Shown here piece by piece: positions 8,001 to 15,633 of a DNA stretch of 30,320 nt. Under the pieces are notes generated by a model. That model did no database searches. It had not been told where the DNA came from and worked only from the letters and a program-made list of their open reading frames with translations. Every line of letters starts with the position of its first letter. Within the stretch, counting starts at the first letter, position 1. The position numbers and the translations under genes were made by a program. Source of the DNA: a virus (taxonomy: Duplodnaviria > Caudoviricetes); IMG/VR virus record IMGVR_UViG_3300020352_000023, positions 1 through 30,320 of that record, one strand, 5' to 3'.

Positions 8001-11000
8001 CCTGCATTAATTTAAAAGCGTCTTTAGGATTTTCTATATTAAGTTTATCAAAACCTTTTCTTTTAAAGAAAGGTACAACACCTCTTATTTGCTCGCCAAC
8101 GCTTTCACTATATTTTATTTTACCATCTTTCATAAACTCAGCTATTACAGCCAAGTTCTCTTCATACCACTCTTTTTCAGGTTTACTAGTATCATATCTG
8201 CTTTCGACCTCTGCTTTTACTTGTTCTCTTATAGAGGTTGGCAAAATGTTAAGCATGTCGTTTATAAACTTTATACCATCTTCTGTTACAAGACCTTCAG
8301 CATCTTTAAACGTGTCAAAAAATATAGCGTGTCCAGCCTTTTCATGAGCAGCCGTAGAAAAATCTTTTATATTTTTCATTTTGCTCTCATTATAAACTAT
8401 AGTACCATCAGATAGTGTGACGGCTACATCTTCTGGTGTTGCTTCTATACCATCTTGTTTTAATCTCTCTACAAATTTGTCATTAGTTAAATACTCGCTT
8501 GTTACTTCACCTTTACTAGTAACTAAAGGAGCATCTGTTTCTTGCTGTATATCTAATCTTTTTTGTTTTGAAAGCTCGGTTGCAGCAGCTGCATCTATTT
8601 TTTCTTGTATTTTAATAGCAGCTTCACCGCCTTCCATGTGAGACTCTAGTTCTTTAGTTAAGATTTCTATTTCTTTTTTCAAAGCGTCCTTTTCTAAAGG
8701 AGCCATATCTTTGGTGCTTTGATTTTGAAGTCTTTGTAAAGTTAAATCTAAGTTTATTTTTTTATTTAAAAAATCATAAACTTCATTTCTTAACTTAGTG
8801 TTAGATCTTTGAACTTTATATGTAGATGGTGGTATGTAATCACTTGCCCCGCTAGTTAAAACTATAGAGCTTGCGCCGCCATTCATTATTCTTTGTATTT
8901 TTAATTCTTTGTCTTGAAGCTGCTCTATAAATTTAATATTTTCCTTGCTATAACTTCCACCTAATTCTTTTAATATAGCTTCAGGTGACATAAATTCAAA
9001 CACCTGACTGTCTCTATCATTGAACTTTATACCTTGAGAATACTTTTGCATAGCGCGGTATATTTCTGTAGCGCTCGGGTAATTTTCTTCTGCTCTTTGT
9101 TGTTTTATTAAATCTGAAACTCTGTTAGATGTGATTTGATTTTCAATAGCAAATTGAGCTTGTTCTGTTTCTATTATTTGCTTTGCTGCTTGATCTTCTG
9201 TTATTGTACCATCTTCAAGCTGTTTATTTATTTCAACTAGTTTTTTATCTACCGCATCTGAAATTTTATTATCTATTTCTAAGCTTGGATCTTTAATCTC
9301 TTCTGCGGTTAAATTAAAATAGCTTGTAGCTTTTTTAGCGCTTCTATTAAATCTACTAAAACCTAAAAAGTCATTTCCTATAGCATCATAAGCAGCTTTA
9401 AATGATCCACCTTTTGTTTTAAGACCTCTAGACATACCGCCGTAGAAAAACATGTTTGTGAATTCTTTTGCATAGTTGTAGAAAAAGTCTTGAAGACCTC
9501 TGTCATAAGTGCCTAAAGGATCTGTAATAGTACTACCTATCATAAAAGAAGACGAACCACCAAAAGCAGACTTAATATTTCTACTAAACATAGCCACTGA
9601 AGATTTATCTCTTACTAAAGCTACTGGTGTTATTAACTGTGTATCTAGTAATCTTTTATTTAAGTTTTTAGTAAATCTTAAAAATTGATTTCCACCAAAT
9701 TTCATAGCAAAACCAAAGCCTGCTGATCCTGAAATACTTTCATCTTGATCAAGAGTTAAGTTTTTAATAGCAGTAAGTCCTCCAAACTCTGCAGATTCTA
9801 CGACAGCTGCAAAACCGTCATCTGCTACTCCATAAAATTTTTGTAAACCTCTACCTTTTAAAAATGACTTACTAGCAACTCTACCGGCTCTAGCGAGTCT
9901 ATTAATGCCAGCAGAAGCACCTAGACCTCTACCAATAGTAAGTTCACCTGCAAAAAACGATAAATGAGTTACGCCTTCAATTACGCTTTGAAAGAAATTA
10001 TTTTCCATATTTTTAGAAAAATAATTAACGTCTTGCTCGTTATAACCGTTGGTTGTAAGAACATTTGCAAAAGCACTCATGCCGTCTTTTCTATTTCTAA
10101 GGTTAGGAGTTTCTATACCATATTGCTGGAATTGCTCAGAAAATGCGTTAGCAAGTGTGTTAAAATATTCTCTATTTTTTACGGCTAAAGGATTTTTATT
10201 CAACTGCAAAGAAGTATTTAAAATTTCATACTCTTGCAAAGCCTTATTAAAACTGTCGTCAATTCTAGATCCGCCAGATATATATCTATAGTCTTCAGGT
10301 ATTAAACCAGTTTCCACTATACTGTTAAGCATTTTTAGCTGAGACTCTGATAATTGATTTCTGTCTTGAAGCAACTTCATGCCTTCTGTTAAAGATCCCT
10401 TCAGTCTACCGCCTCTTTCAACTAAACCAGTCATAGGAGCATCGGCTCTTTGCTGGTTAAGTTCTAGTTGTACCTTAGCTAATTCTACAACTTTTCTATT
10501 TGCTCTAGATAAATTAGTTTTTAAGGTCTGCTCGTCAGTTGTTTCATTAAGTTCCGAAGCTTCAGATATAACTTGACTTTGAGTTTTAGCTTTATCAAAA
10601 TCAATTAATTTACCGTCATCGTCTAAAAGTCTAGTTCCATAAAACTCTTCTTTTGAACCTAAGTAATCTTCAAGCTCTTCTTTTTCTTCTTCTGTTTTGT
10701 ATAACTTATTTCTAAGCTTTAACTCAGCGTTTCTTATGTTTTGCTCTTCTTCGCTAAGCTGGTTTTGGCCTTGTTGTAATATTGTGTTTTGATACGAAGC
10801 TTGTTCGCTGTCACTTAAGTTATTAATAAAAGTATCAACTTGACCATCAAGCCAGTAATTAGCAGTCTCGTTTATATCTATAGGTATAAACCCTTCTCCA
10901 CCTGAGTCTTCTAGTATTTCATAAAGATCTTTTAATTGTTTAGCTACATCAGAAGAATAAACTATTTTTCCACTAAGATCTTCGTTACCGGTTCTTTCTA

Positions 11001-11889
11001 ACTCCTTTATTTTACGCTTTAACTGTGGTCTATTTAGCTGCTGAGTAATTTTTTCAGTATCTCTTAAGTTTTCATTTTTTCTTCCTCCAAGCCTTTCGTT
11101 TAAACCCGCTATATCTTGTTCATATGTAAACTCTACACCGCCTTCATAATCCATAGCTATAGTAGGTCCAGCATCTTTAAACCTAATAGTTTCTTTTATA
11201 TCATTTATATCTGCAAATCTATTATTAAATATACCTCCTATCCTTTTCCCAAACCAGCTTTTATTAAAATAAAGATTTTCATCTTTGTTTCTTTTAGATG
11301 TTTGGTCTAAAGAACTTATAGCTCCAGAATCTATTAAGTTGTTTACAGTTGTAGCGTTATTATCAGATGCTAAATTGCTTAATAACTCTTGCTGAAGCAA
11401 TTGCTCATAAATGTTACTAGAGTCAGCGTATAGTCCAGCTCCTCCCAAGGCTTCTCCAACTGCGTTATAGTTAAAAGGATTTCTTTCAGCTGTTAATTCA
11501 ATTTCTTCTAACTCGGTGCTTTTATCATATTCAAACTGGTTATAGACTTCATTTAAATCTTTGCCAGCAACTTTTTGATAAATATCTTTAAATGATTCAT
11601 TTGAAAAAGGATCAATACCTGTTTGTAAATAATTACTAAATATTTTCGACCCAGCACGAAAACCTCCACTTCCAGAATCTAAAGCTTCGGATCCTGTATT
11701 GCTTTGCGACTCCTCGATCGGATCCTTTTTTTCCGGGGAGTCTTCTATCTTTACTTCTTTAACTTCTATTGCTTCTGGTGCTTTATAACCAGTAGATTTT
11801 TTCCACTCTTGTATTCTTCTATTTATCTCATCGATATCTAAAGGTGGTTTAATAGCTTGTAGTTCTTGTACTTTTTCTACTAATTCCAT
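2020..11889 (-). CDS. Giant polyvalent internal virion/ejection protein, 3289 aa, with zincin-like, HAD phosphatase and P-loop kinase domains
   Basis: Lies after the tail and small ejection-type genes. Motifs: HEKAGH (aa ~1182), DFDDT (aa ~2124), GGPGAGKT (aa ~2161), LTARP, FADD. Long helical regions. Confidence 0.8.
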   Translation of the reverse strand: MELVEKVQELQAIKPPLDIDEINRRIQEWKKSTGYKAPEAIEVKEVKIEDSPEKKDPIEESQSNTGSEALDSGSGGFRAGSKIFSNYLQTGIDPFSNESFKDIYQKVAGKDLNEVYNQFEYDKSTELEEIELTAERNPFNYNAVGEALGGAGLYADSSNIYEQLLQQELLSNLASDNNATTVNNLIDSGAISSLDQTSKRNKDENLYFNKSWFGKRIGGIFNNRFADINDIKETIRFKDAGPTIAMDYEGGVEFTYEQDIAGLNERLGGRKNENLRDTEKITQQLNRPQLKRKIKELERTGNEDLSGKIVYSSDVAKQLKDLYEILEDSGGEGFIPIDINETANYWLDGQVDTFINNLSDSEQASYQNTILQQGQNQLSEEEQNIRNAELKLRNKLYKTEEEKEELEDYLGSKEEFYGTRLLDDDGKLIDFDKAKTQSQVISEASELNETTDEQTLKTNLSRANRKVVELAKVQLELNQQRADAPMTGLVERGGRLKGSLTEGMKLLQDRNQLSESQLKMLNSIVETGLIPEDYRYISGGSRIDDSFNKALQEYEILNTSLQLNKNPLAVKNREYFNTLANAFSEQFQQYGIETPNLRNRKDGMSAFANVLTTNGYNEQDVNYFSKNMENNFFQSVIEGVTHLSFFAGELTIGRGLGASAGINRLARAGRVASKSFLKGRGLQKFYGVADDGFAAVVESAEFGGLTAIKNLTLDQDESISGSAGFGFAMKFGGNQFLRFTKNLNKRLLDTQLITPVALVRDKSSVAMFSRNIKSAFGGSSSFMIGSTITDPLGTYDRGLQDFFYNYAKEFTNMFFYGGMSRGLKTKGGSFKAAYDAIGNDFLGFSRFNRSAKKATSYFNLTAEEIKDPSLEIDNKISDAVDKKLVEINKQLEDGTITEDQAAKQIIETEQAQFAIENQITSNRVSDLIKQQRAEENYPSATEIYRAMQKYSQGIKFNDRDSQVFEFMSPEAILKELGGSYSKENIKFIEQLQDKELKIQRIMNGGASSIVLTSGASDYIPPSTYKVQRSNTKLRNEVYDFLNKKINLDLTLQRLQNQSTKDMAPLEKDALKKEIEILTKELESHMEGGEAAIKIQEKIDAAAATELSKQKRLDIQQETDAPLVTSKGEVTSEYLTNDKFVERLKQDGIEATPEDVAVTLSDGTIVYNESKMKNIKDFSTAAHEKAGHAIFFDTFKDAEGLVTEDGIKFINDMLNILPTSIREQVKAEVESRYDTSKPEKEWYEENLAVIAEFMKDGKIKYSESVGEQIRGVVPFFKRKGFDKLNIENPKDAFKLMQGLTEGLSEAQKSASKISVEQAGKRLTEQAVAETEAKDQPKKSRVVSEQAKELQDLLDNRSLVESLKSRSTEDKFSVAQAFVEKNFGLIKDLFNTRSQAEENALKEVLEEQILGEFPGSGNGKYSARNTNLFNAYDAAKEVGGAKETTYFRNVLSKRIPEIDIAIKERTGTSTELPDQTREFAPEPTTEKAKPTASKQLPSNVKMKPEFLENLGIEVKEGQTPEQAIQEALKTQVLDSFKDVDIKKYKDLKTPRALAEFYAKMLGIESEAGIKALMIPNRNFPAGEKAAATRAKQFILDNIQAIHSRINTPGFKQTKVGKALLTKKGDLKPGSLKILKDIISGENITVEGYDGKPIEFNPLENGKPVPLYRRSQPLKVVLASYFKNNALEYLKTDKSDRVKLGAKFKKVAPEITTGKEREELKYTQPSFVRDKIFEKSKKTGALKGYTIIDTKSSEYKAAVKDFKSFFEFYPEGKRYVEQSMTGGRDLTFRDIPNFESLFGKSNRENKATRFTYAASEMFLAGKVNKGLRDGSILRNNKFRLDEIENFYLKVQEFLKTKQGKGKYRIFEQFLRDSAKGQGHLNRFGAALVFYPINRLTGKAVSVKVKEEHMAPVNKIGLMLLEAAKRGTVKQEFKDIKAIYGQGALRYNDDKGLSVFLDKNLPPEYYDKVLNAVREGKLDFLPQGTASLVRYTIENTIDPFAYAFTKTQKSIGEFFVGKSKKVTTPFEILENSKVVNELITKVLTGEITRERAKKDYQELQKVVDPKAKSAVKMNELASSSFRFDKAVTNEAVVENLRVADAALELSRSLNIENGKPVPKKEKKIRVFDFDDTLARSNSKVLYTVENFEGGFSEGSTRLKAIFMVGGPGAGKTNVGKGLQLGRRGYKVVNQDIALEAMKEEAGLPAKESDYTAEQRSTRSKLGAAARKAAVSKFDKYTAAGDGMVIDGTGASYNATTKKIKALQDQGFEVHMVVATTPLETAMARNKARTERSLPDFVVKKTYESVQESLKKYRKDFGDRLYEINTETIEYGKALPKEFLEQVYAGINTNKVGKVNATNFAEQYDVLESQGANFDFREFSKVIEGKKGPLFDVAKTIADKRGTEDLFVLTARPQDAAGPIKEFMKALGIDIPLANITGLADGKASAKGRWIMGKVSEGYNDFYFADDALKNVQAVKEVLDQADVKSKVQQAKFSKAKTFSTITNEMIEASSGIETFKTFSAAKAKTLGENKGRFDWLTMASSAEDFKGLLYKMIGKGKQGEAHFQFLKTNLIDPYNRAEDSAIQAKISAANDFMALKSMYKTIPTTLKKETGVGKFTYQHALRTYMWTKQNMSIPGLSKADVAKLNKFVTDSAELQTFADQLIVSQKGKMYPEPGKNWLAGNLTTDIIGGINKINRAEYQKTFRENVDIIFSLNNLNKMEAAYGTRWRKALEDTLRRMKSGSNRPIGGSEITNKVLDWTNNSVGAVMFLNTRSALLQTISSVNFLNWGDNNPIAAGKAFANQKQFWGDFMKLMNSDYLVQRRNGLKINVSESEIADAVKDSKNKVNAAISYLLSKGFVFTRYADSFAIASGGSTFYRNRIKKYVKEGMDQKLAEEKAFEDFKDVAEESQQSSDASKISMQQASGAGRIILNWANTPMQYVRIQKRAAQDLIAGRGDAKEHISKIAYYGAIQNLIFNSLQQALFAIGFGSDEDEKDPKLKARNEQKITRVANGMIDSQLKGLGIAGAAMVSAKNTVLKIIEESGKKRPEYEKAAIEALSFSPAISSKYRKIVGGLKSFSWNMKEIKEKGFSLDNPAYLAGSQIFTAFTNVPLDRVVKKVNNIRGILSEQTAEWQKIALAAGYSTYDVGLPYYGGWDAKADPTPEEIKQRELDTMKKDTKTKDQIDMLLDLGLNKKEIKALGKEDNRVKKIIELQNKAKEKPTEVKTESTPETKPKPKPKTETAEQKLRRQFDSIKSENKPDQVKTLTKFGLTKKEIRDLRYEKNRVEKILELMDK

Positions 11890-11899
11890 TTAATTTAAT

Positions 11900-12997
11900 T
11901 TAAAGTTTGTTATCATCAATGAACTTTTGAGCTTTAGCTTTTTTAGCTTCTGCTAAATCAAATACAGCAGCATCTTCTTTTACTGTTGGAAATTGATTTG
12001 TTATAAATTGTTTTATGTAATTGTTCATAAAATACTCTTTATATTTAGTTTCAAATAAAACTTTTTTATCTTGATCTAGTGGTAGATCATTTTCATAAGA
12101 CCAGGATTCAGAAGCAGCATTGGCATTTTGTACCATTTGATCGTCTTCTTCAACGCTAGTACCTTTAGATATATATACGTTCCACGCAGCTACAGCCGCC
12201 TGCTCAACACTTAACATACCGGACACTTCGGCGTTTATAAACGGCTCTGCTTTACGCTCTATTTTATCCATGTCAAATTTAAGTACATTTCTACCTTTAC
12301 CACCGCCTATGTCTATTATTTCATAATCATAGCTACCATCAGGATTTTTTAATATAAACTCTTCTTTTATTCTAGCTGTTGGAGCTAGTGTTTTATCTTC
12401 TCTTATATCGTCTAAAGAAAAAATACCAACAGCAGTTAATAGCTCTAGCATTTCTTTATTTATATCTGGAGTCGCAACAACAAGATCTATTCCGGCTTTG
12501 TCCATAGCGCCAAGTGCAGAATCTGTTATAATTAAAGGGGACTCAAAAATAGGTCCATCAAAAATAAAAACTTGATTTCCATTTAATTCTAAATGCAATT
12601 TAACCATATACCCGTCTGACATAGAAAAACCAGGTTTTCCTTTCATTATCGAATCTGCGGCTAAATATTTGTAACTATTATTTACATCGTAATTAGAGTC
12701 TTCTGTTACACTTAGTTGCTCTAGTATATTCTCTAAGAAATCAATAGATTTTTGTGGAGCTTCTTCTAGTGTTTTTAGTTGTTGCTTTTCAATACTACAA
12801 TTAGGAAGAGAGCATTTATTATTTTCAATAGCCATTTTTATTTTGGCATAAATTTCAACAGTAGGTTGATAAGCTCTGTCTAGTATTTTAAAATTATAAT
12901 CAGCAGGATAAGCTAAGTAATCTTCATTATAAGCTATCGCACTACTTTGATTAAATTGCTTTATAAAAAGATTTTTTTTAATATTTATATCTTCCAT
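11900..12997 (-). CDS. Acidic hypothetical protein, likely internal virion/ejection protein, ~365 aa
   Basis: Start trimmed to ATG at 12997 to avoid overlap. Lies between the pilot-like gene and the giant gene. Confidence 0.6.
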   Translation of the reverse strand: MEDINIKKNLFIKQFNQSSAIAYNEDYLAYPADYNFKILDRAYQPTVEIYAKIKMAIENNKCSLPNCSIEKQQLKTLEEAPQKSIDFLENILEQLSVTEDSNYDVNNSYKYLAADSIMKGKPGFSMSDGYMVKLHLELNGNQVFIFDGPIFESPLIITDSALGAMDKAGIDLVVATPDINKEMLELLTAVGIFSLDDIREDKTLAPTARIKEEFILKNPDGSYDYEIIDIGGGKGRNVLKFDMDKIERKAEPFINAEVSGMLSVEQAAVAAWNVYISKGTSVEEDDQMVQNANAASESWSYENDLPLDQDKKVLFETKYKEYFMNNYIKQFITNQFPTVKEDAAVFDLAEAKKAKAQKFIDDNKL

Positions 12998-13007
12998 GTG
13001 TTGTTTG

Positions 13008-13673
13008 TTATTGTGCACCCATGTAGCTTCCAGCCATTTGAGTTATTCCTCCAAGAGCTCCTGTTATAGCGCCTAATTGAGAGCTAGCTGCTTGCTGTTC
13101 TGCCTGCGCTGCCATACCTAGTTGTGCAGCGGTTCTATTAAGTTGCTGCATTTCTCTATTCTCTTTTTCTCTATAAACAAATTCTCTACCAGCAACGTCT
13201 GCTTGTTGTATTCTTTGTTTTTCTCCTCTTTTTTGAGCCATCATAGCTTGTTCGCCTTGAGCTCTTTGTCTTTCATTTGAAAGCTCTTGTTGCTCTATAT
13301 TAGCTGCAATATTTTTCTTGCTCTGCAAAGCAGCTTGAGCCAACGCAGTAGCTCCACCAGCACTAGCCCCTGTAGCTCTAAGAGTATCTAGAGTATTAGC
13401 TAAAGCAATGTCAGTCTGTTCCATTTGTATTTCTGTAGCACCAGTGGCTACTGAAAGTTGTGAAAAAGGATTTGTTATAAGACTAGATAAATCTTGAATA
13501 CCTTCGTAAGGATTTATTATTTGCTGCCTGTTAGATTCTAAAGCCGATAGCTTTCTTTGCAATCGCCTACGCCTACGTGCAGCGCGTCTTTTAGCTTTAC
13601 CACCAAAAATACTACCTACAACTCCTCCTATAAGAGAAGCTCCGCCACCTATTATTGCTGCTGCTGGATTCAT
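13008..13673 (-). CDS. Pilot/ejection-type internal virion protein, 221 aa
   Basis: Gly-rich hydrophobic N-terminus followed by a basic patch, an Ala/Gln coiled coil and a Gly-rich hydrophobic C-terminus. This architecture is typical of podovirus ejected proteins. Confidence 0.65.
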   Translation of the reverse strand: MNPAAAIIGGGASLIGGVVGSIFGGKAKRRAARRRRRLQRKLSALESNRQQIINPYEGIQDLSSLITNPFSQLSVATGATEIQMEQTDIALANTLDTLRATGASAGGATALAQAALQSKKNIAANIEQQELSNERQRAQGEQAMMAQKRGEKQRIQQADVAGREFVYREKENREMQQLNRTAAQLGMAAQAEQQAASSQLGAITGALGGITQMAGSYMGAQ

Positions 13674-13691
13674 AGTTTATTATTTTTTATA

Positions 13692-15596
13692 TTAATATCC
13701 ATTATTGATTATATAATTACTTTCTACTGCAAATAAAGTTTTCTCACCACCTAGATCTGTAGTTCTATCTGTTGACATTTTAACAGTAGAATAAAAACCT
13801 TTAATACCACTTACCATATTCCCATAAACAATTTCACCTGGAGATGGCAATGAGTTGTTTATTAAATTAGCTACATATTTATTTTCTTTTAAAACAAAAC
13901 CTGCATAATACTTTTGATATGAAGGGTTTATAGTTCCAAAAACTGTTTGATAATCTACTCTAGACACAGCACCATTAAAAGATAGTACAGCATCTTGAGC
14001 AATGTTTAAATTAGCATTAACAGTTAATAAACCTGTGGCTGCGTTGTAAGAAACTACAGTTGTATTTAGCTGAACACCTAGTCCAGTTACAATATCACCA
14101 GTTCTTATAATTCCATTTACGCTACCTAAAGATAATACAACGCTTGTCGTTGTAGAAGCAACAGAAGCCGATGCGCTACCTTCAGTTAAAACATATTCTC
14201 CTTCTGTATAACTTCTTATTTGTGCTATAGAGTCAACACTGTTTTGCCAAGAACCAACAAGTTGTGTACCGGTATTATCTGATAAATATTGATCTACGTT
14301 CCAACCATTACTACCTTCGTAACCTACAGTGTTAAAAGTTTTAGAAACCGTAGGATTTGGATTGAAGACAAATGTTATAGAAGTTCTATTATCTTGACCA
14401 TAGAAATTACCTCTATTCACAGATGTATCGTAATGCCTCCATAACTTAGCAACACCACCAAAAGTTAAAAACGCATTGTTAGCCAATGTTACGTTTCCAC
14501 TTAAAACTAAAGCTCCTGTTGCTGAGTTAAAACTAACCACAGTTGTGCCTAGAGGTACGGCTGTATAATTTGGAACTCCATTAACTAGTAGTTCAACTGT
14601 AGAGTGTTGTTCTATAAAGTTCTGTACTCCATCTACCGTAACGTTTGCACTAGATGTAACAGCTCCATTAACTCTAGCATTACCACCTATAGACTTTACA
14701 GTATAAAAATTATTTCTTAAACTAAAAGCTTGATCAGGCGCATAAGAAAATAAACTAACCCAACCTTTTGGCTTTTCGTCAAAGTTTAAAGTTTTAAATC
14801 TTTCTTGGTTTTGCATTGATATAACATAATCTTTACCGTAAACATCATATGCTCCTATTATTTTACCATTAGATTGATTTGTTATTGTAGCGTTTAACTC
14901 GTCTCTAAAAAAGTCTTTCATGCCAAAATTAGATATTTCTTCAATACCGCTTCCGGCTCCTCCTGAGCTTAATCTACATATAACATTATTATTTGCATCT
15001 GCAAAATACTTTCTATAACCATACACAGCAAAGCTTTCAGGATTTTTAGATATACCATACTTACCAGCATAAGGCTGTATAACTCCAATAACTAAGTTAC
15101 TAGCGGTTACAGTGCCTCCGCCTTCTGCCGAATAAATAGCGTCTTTATCTATTAATGCTCTACTTACTTTAAGCTCTTGAAATATATTTAAATTAGTATC
15201 TTCTGCATACAGCTTTTGTATTGATCCATTAGCTGGATCTGCCGATTTAGTTATATCATCTGCTACAGAAAAAACATTTGTTCTATTTATACCAGTTCTT
15301 GAATTAAATATTCCAGAATATATTAAAGCATTAAATCTTCTTGTTTGCTGAGGCTCTTCTTCTACTATATATGCTTTAGCGCCAAAGTCTACAGTGGTGT
15401 TATTATAGCCACCTCTTATTCTAGACTCTTCTATAACCCAAGAATCACTAGTATTAGTCAAATTTTGAACAGGATAACCACCTATACTTTCAGGTATTCC
15501 AAAAGAACCGTTCCAAAGAACATCATCTCCAGATCCAACAGACTTTTTTAGTAAAAAAGTATTGAAATATTTAACCTCTATTATCGCTCCAGCCAT
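13692..15596 (-). CDS. Tail stabilization/nozzle protein, 634 aa
   Basis: Beta-rich, with SIQKL and YGISKNPESFAVYG..YFAD segments typical of the podovirus/crAss-like stabilization proteins I recall. Two inserted beta modules. Confidence 0.65.
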   Translation of the reverse strand: MAGAIIEVKYFNTFLLKKSVGSGDDVLWNGSFGIPESIGGYPVQNLTNTSDSWVIEESRIRGGYNNTTVDFGAKAYIVEEEPQQTRRFNALIYSGIFNSRTGINRTNVFSVADDITKSADPANGSIQKLYAEDTNLNIFQELKVSRALIDKDAIYSAEGGGTVTASNLVIGVIQPYAGKYGISKNPESFAVYGYRKYFADANNNVICRLSSGGAGSGIEEISNFGMKDFFRDELNATITNQSNGKIIGAYDVYGKDYVISMQNQERFKTLNFDEKPKGWVSLFSYAPDQAFSLRNNFYTVKSIGGNARVNGAVTSSANVTVDGVQNFIEQHSTVELLVNGVPNYTAVPLGTTVVSFNSATGALVLSGNVTLANNAFLTFGGVAKLWRHYDTSVNRGNFYGQDNRTSITFVFNPNPTVSKTFNTVGYEGSNGWNVDQYLSDNTGTQLVGSWQNSVDSIAQIRSYTEGEYVLTEGSASASVASTTTSVVLSLGSVNGIIRTGDIVTGLGVQLNTTVVSYNAATGLLTVNANLNIAQDAVLSFNGAVSRVDYQTVFGTINPSYQKYYAGFVLKENKYVANLINNSLPSPGEIVYGNMVSGIKGFYSTVKMSTDRTTDLGGEKTLFAVESNYIINNGY

Positions 15597-15633
15597 ATTT
15601 AATTATTATTACTTATTTTTTATTTAAATTACC

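Noticed and set aside
10590-10630. DDDGK/DFDK as a virion RNA polymerase catalytic motif
   Set aside because: It does not match DxDGD/DFDID and has no supporting double-psi-barrel context that I can see.
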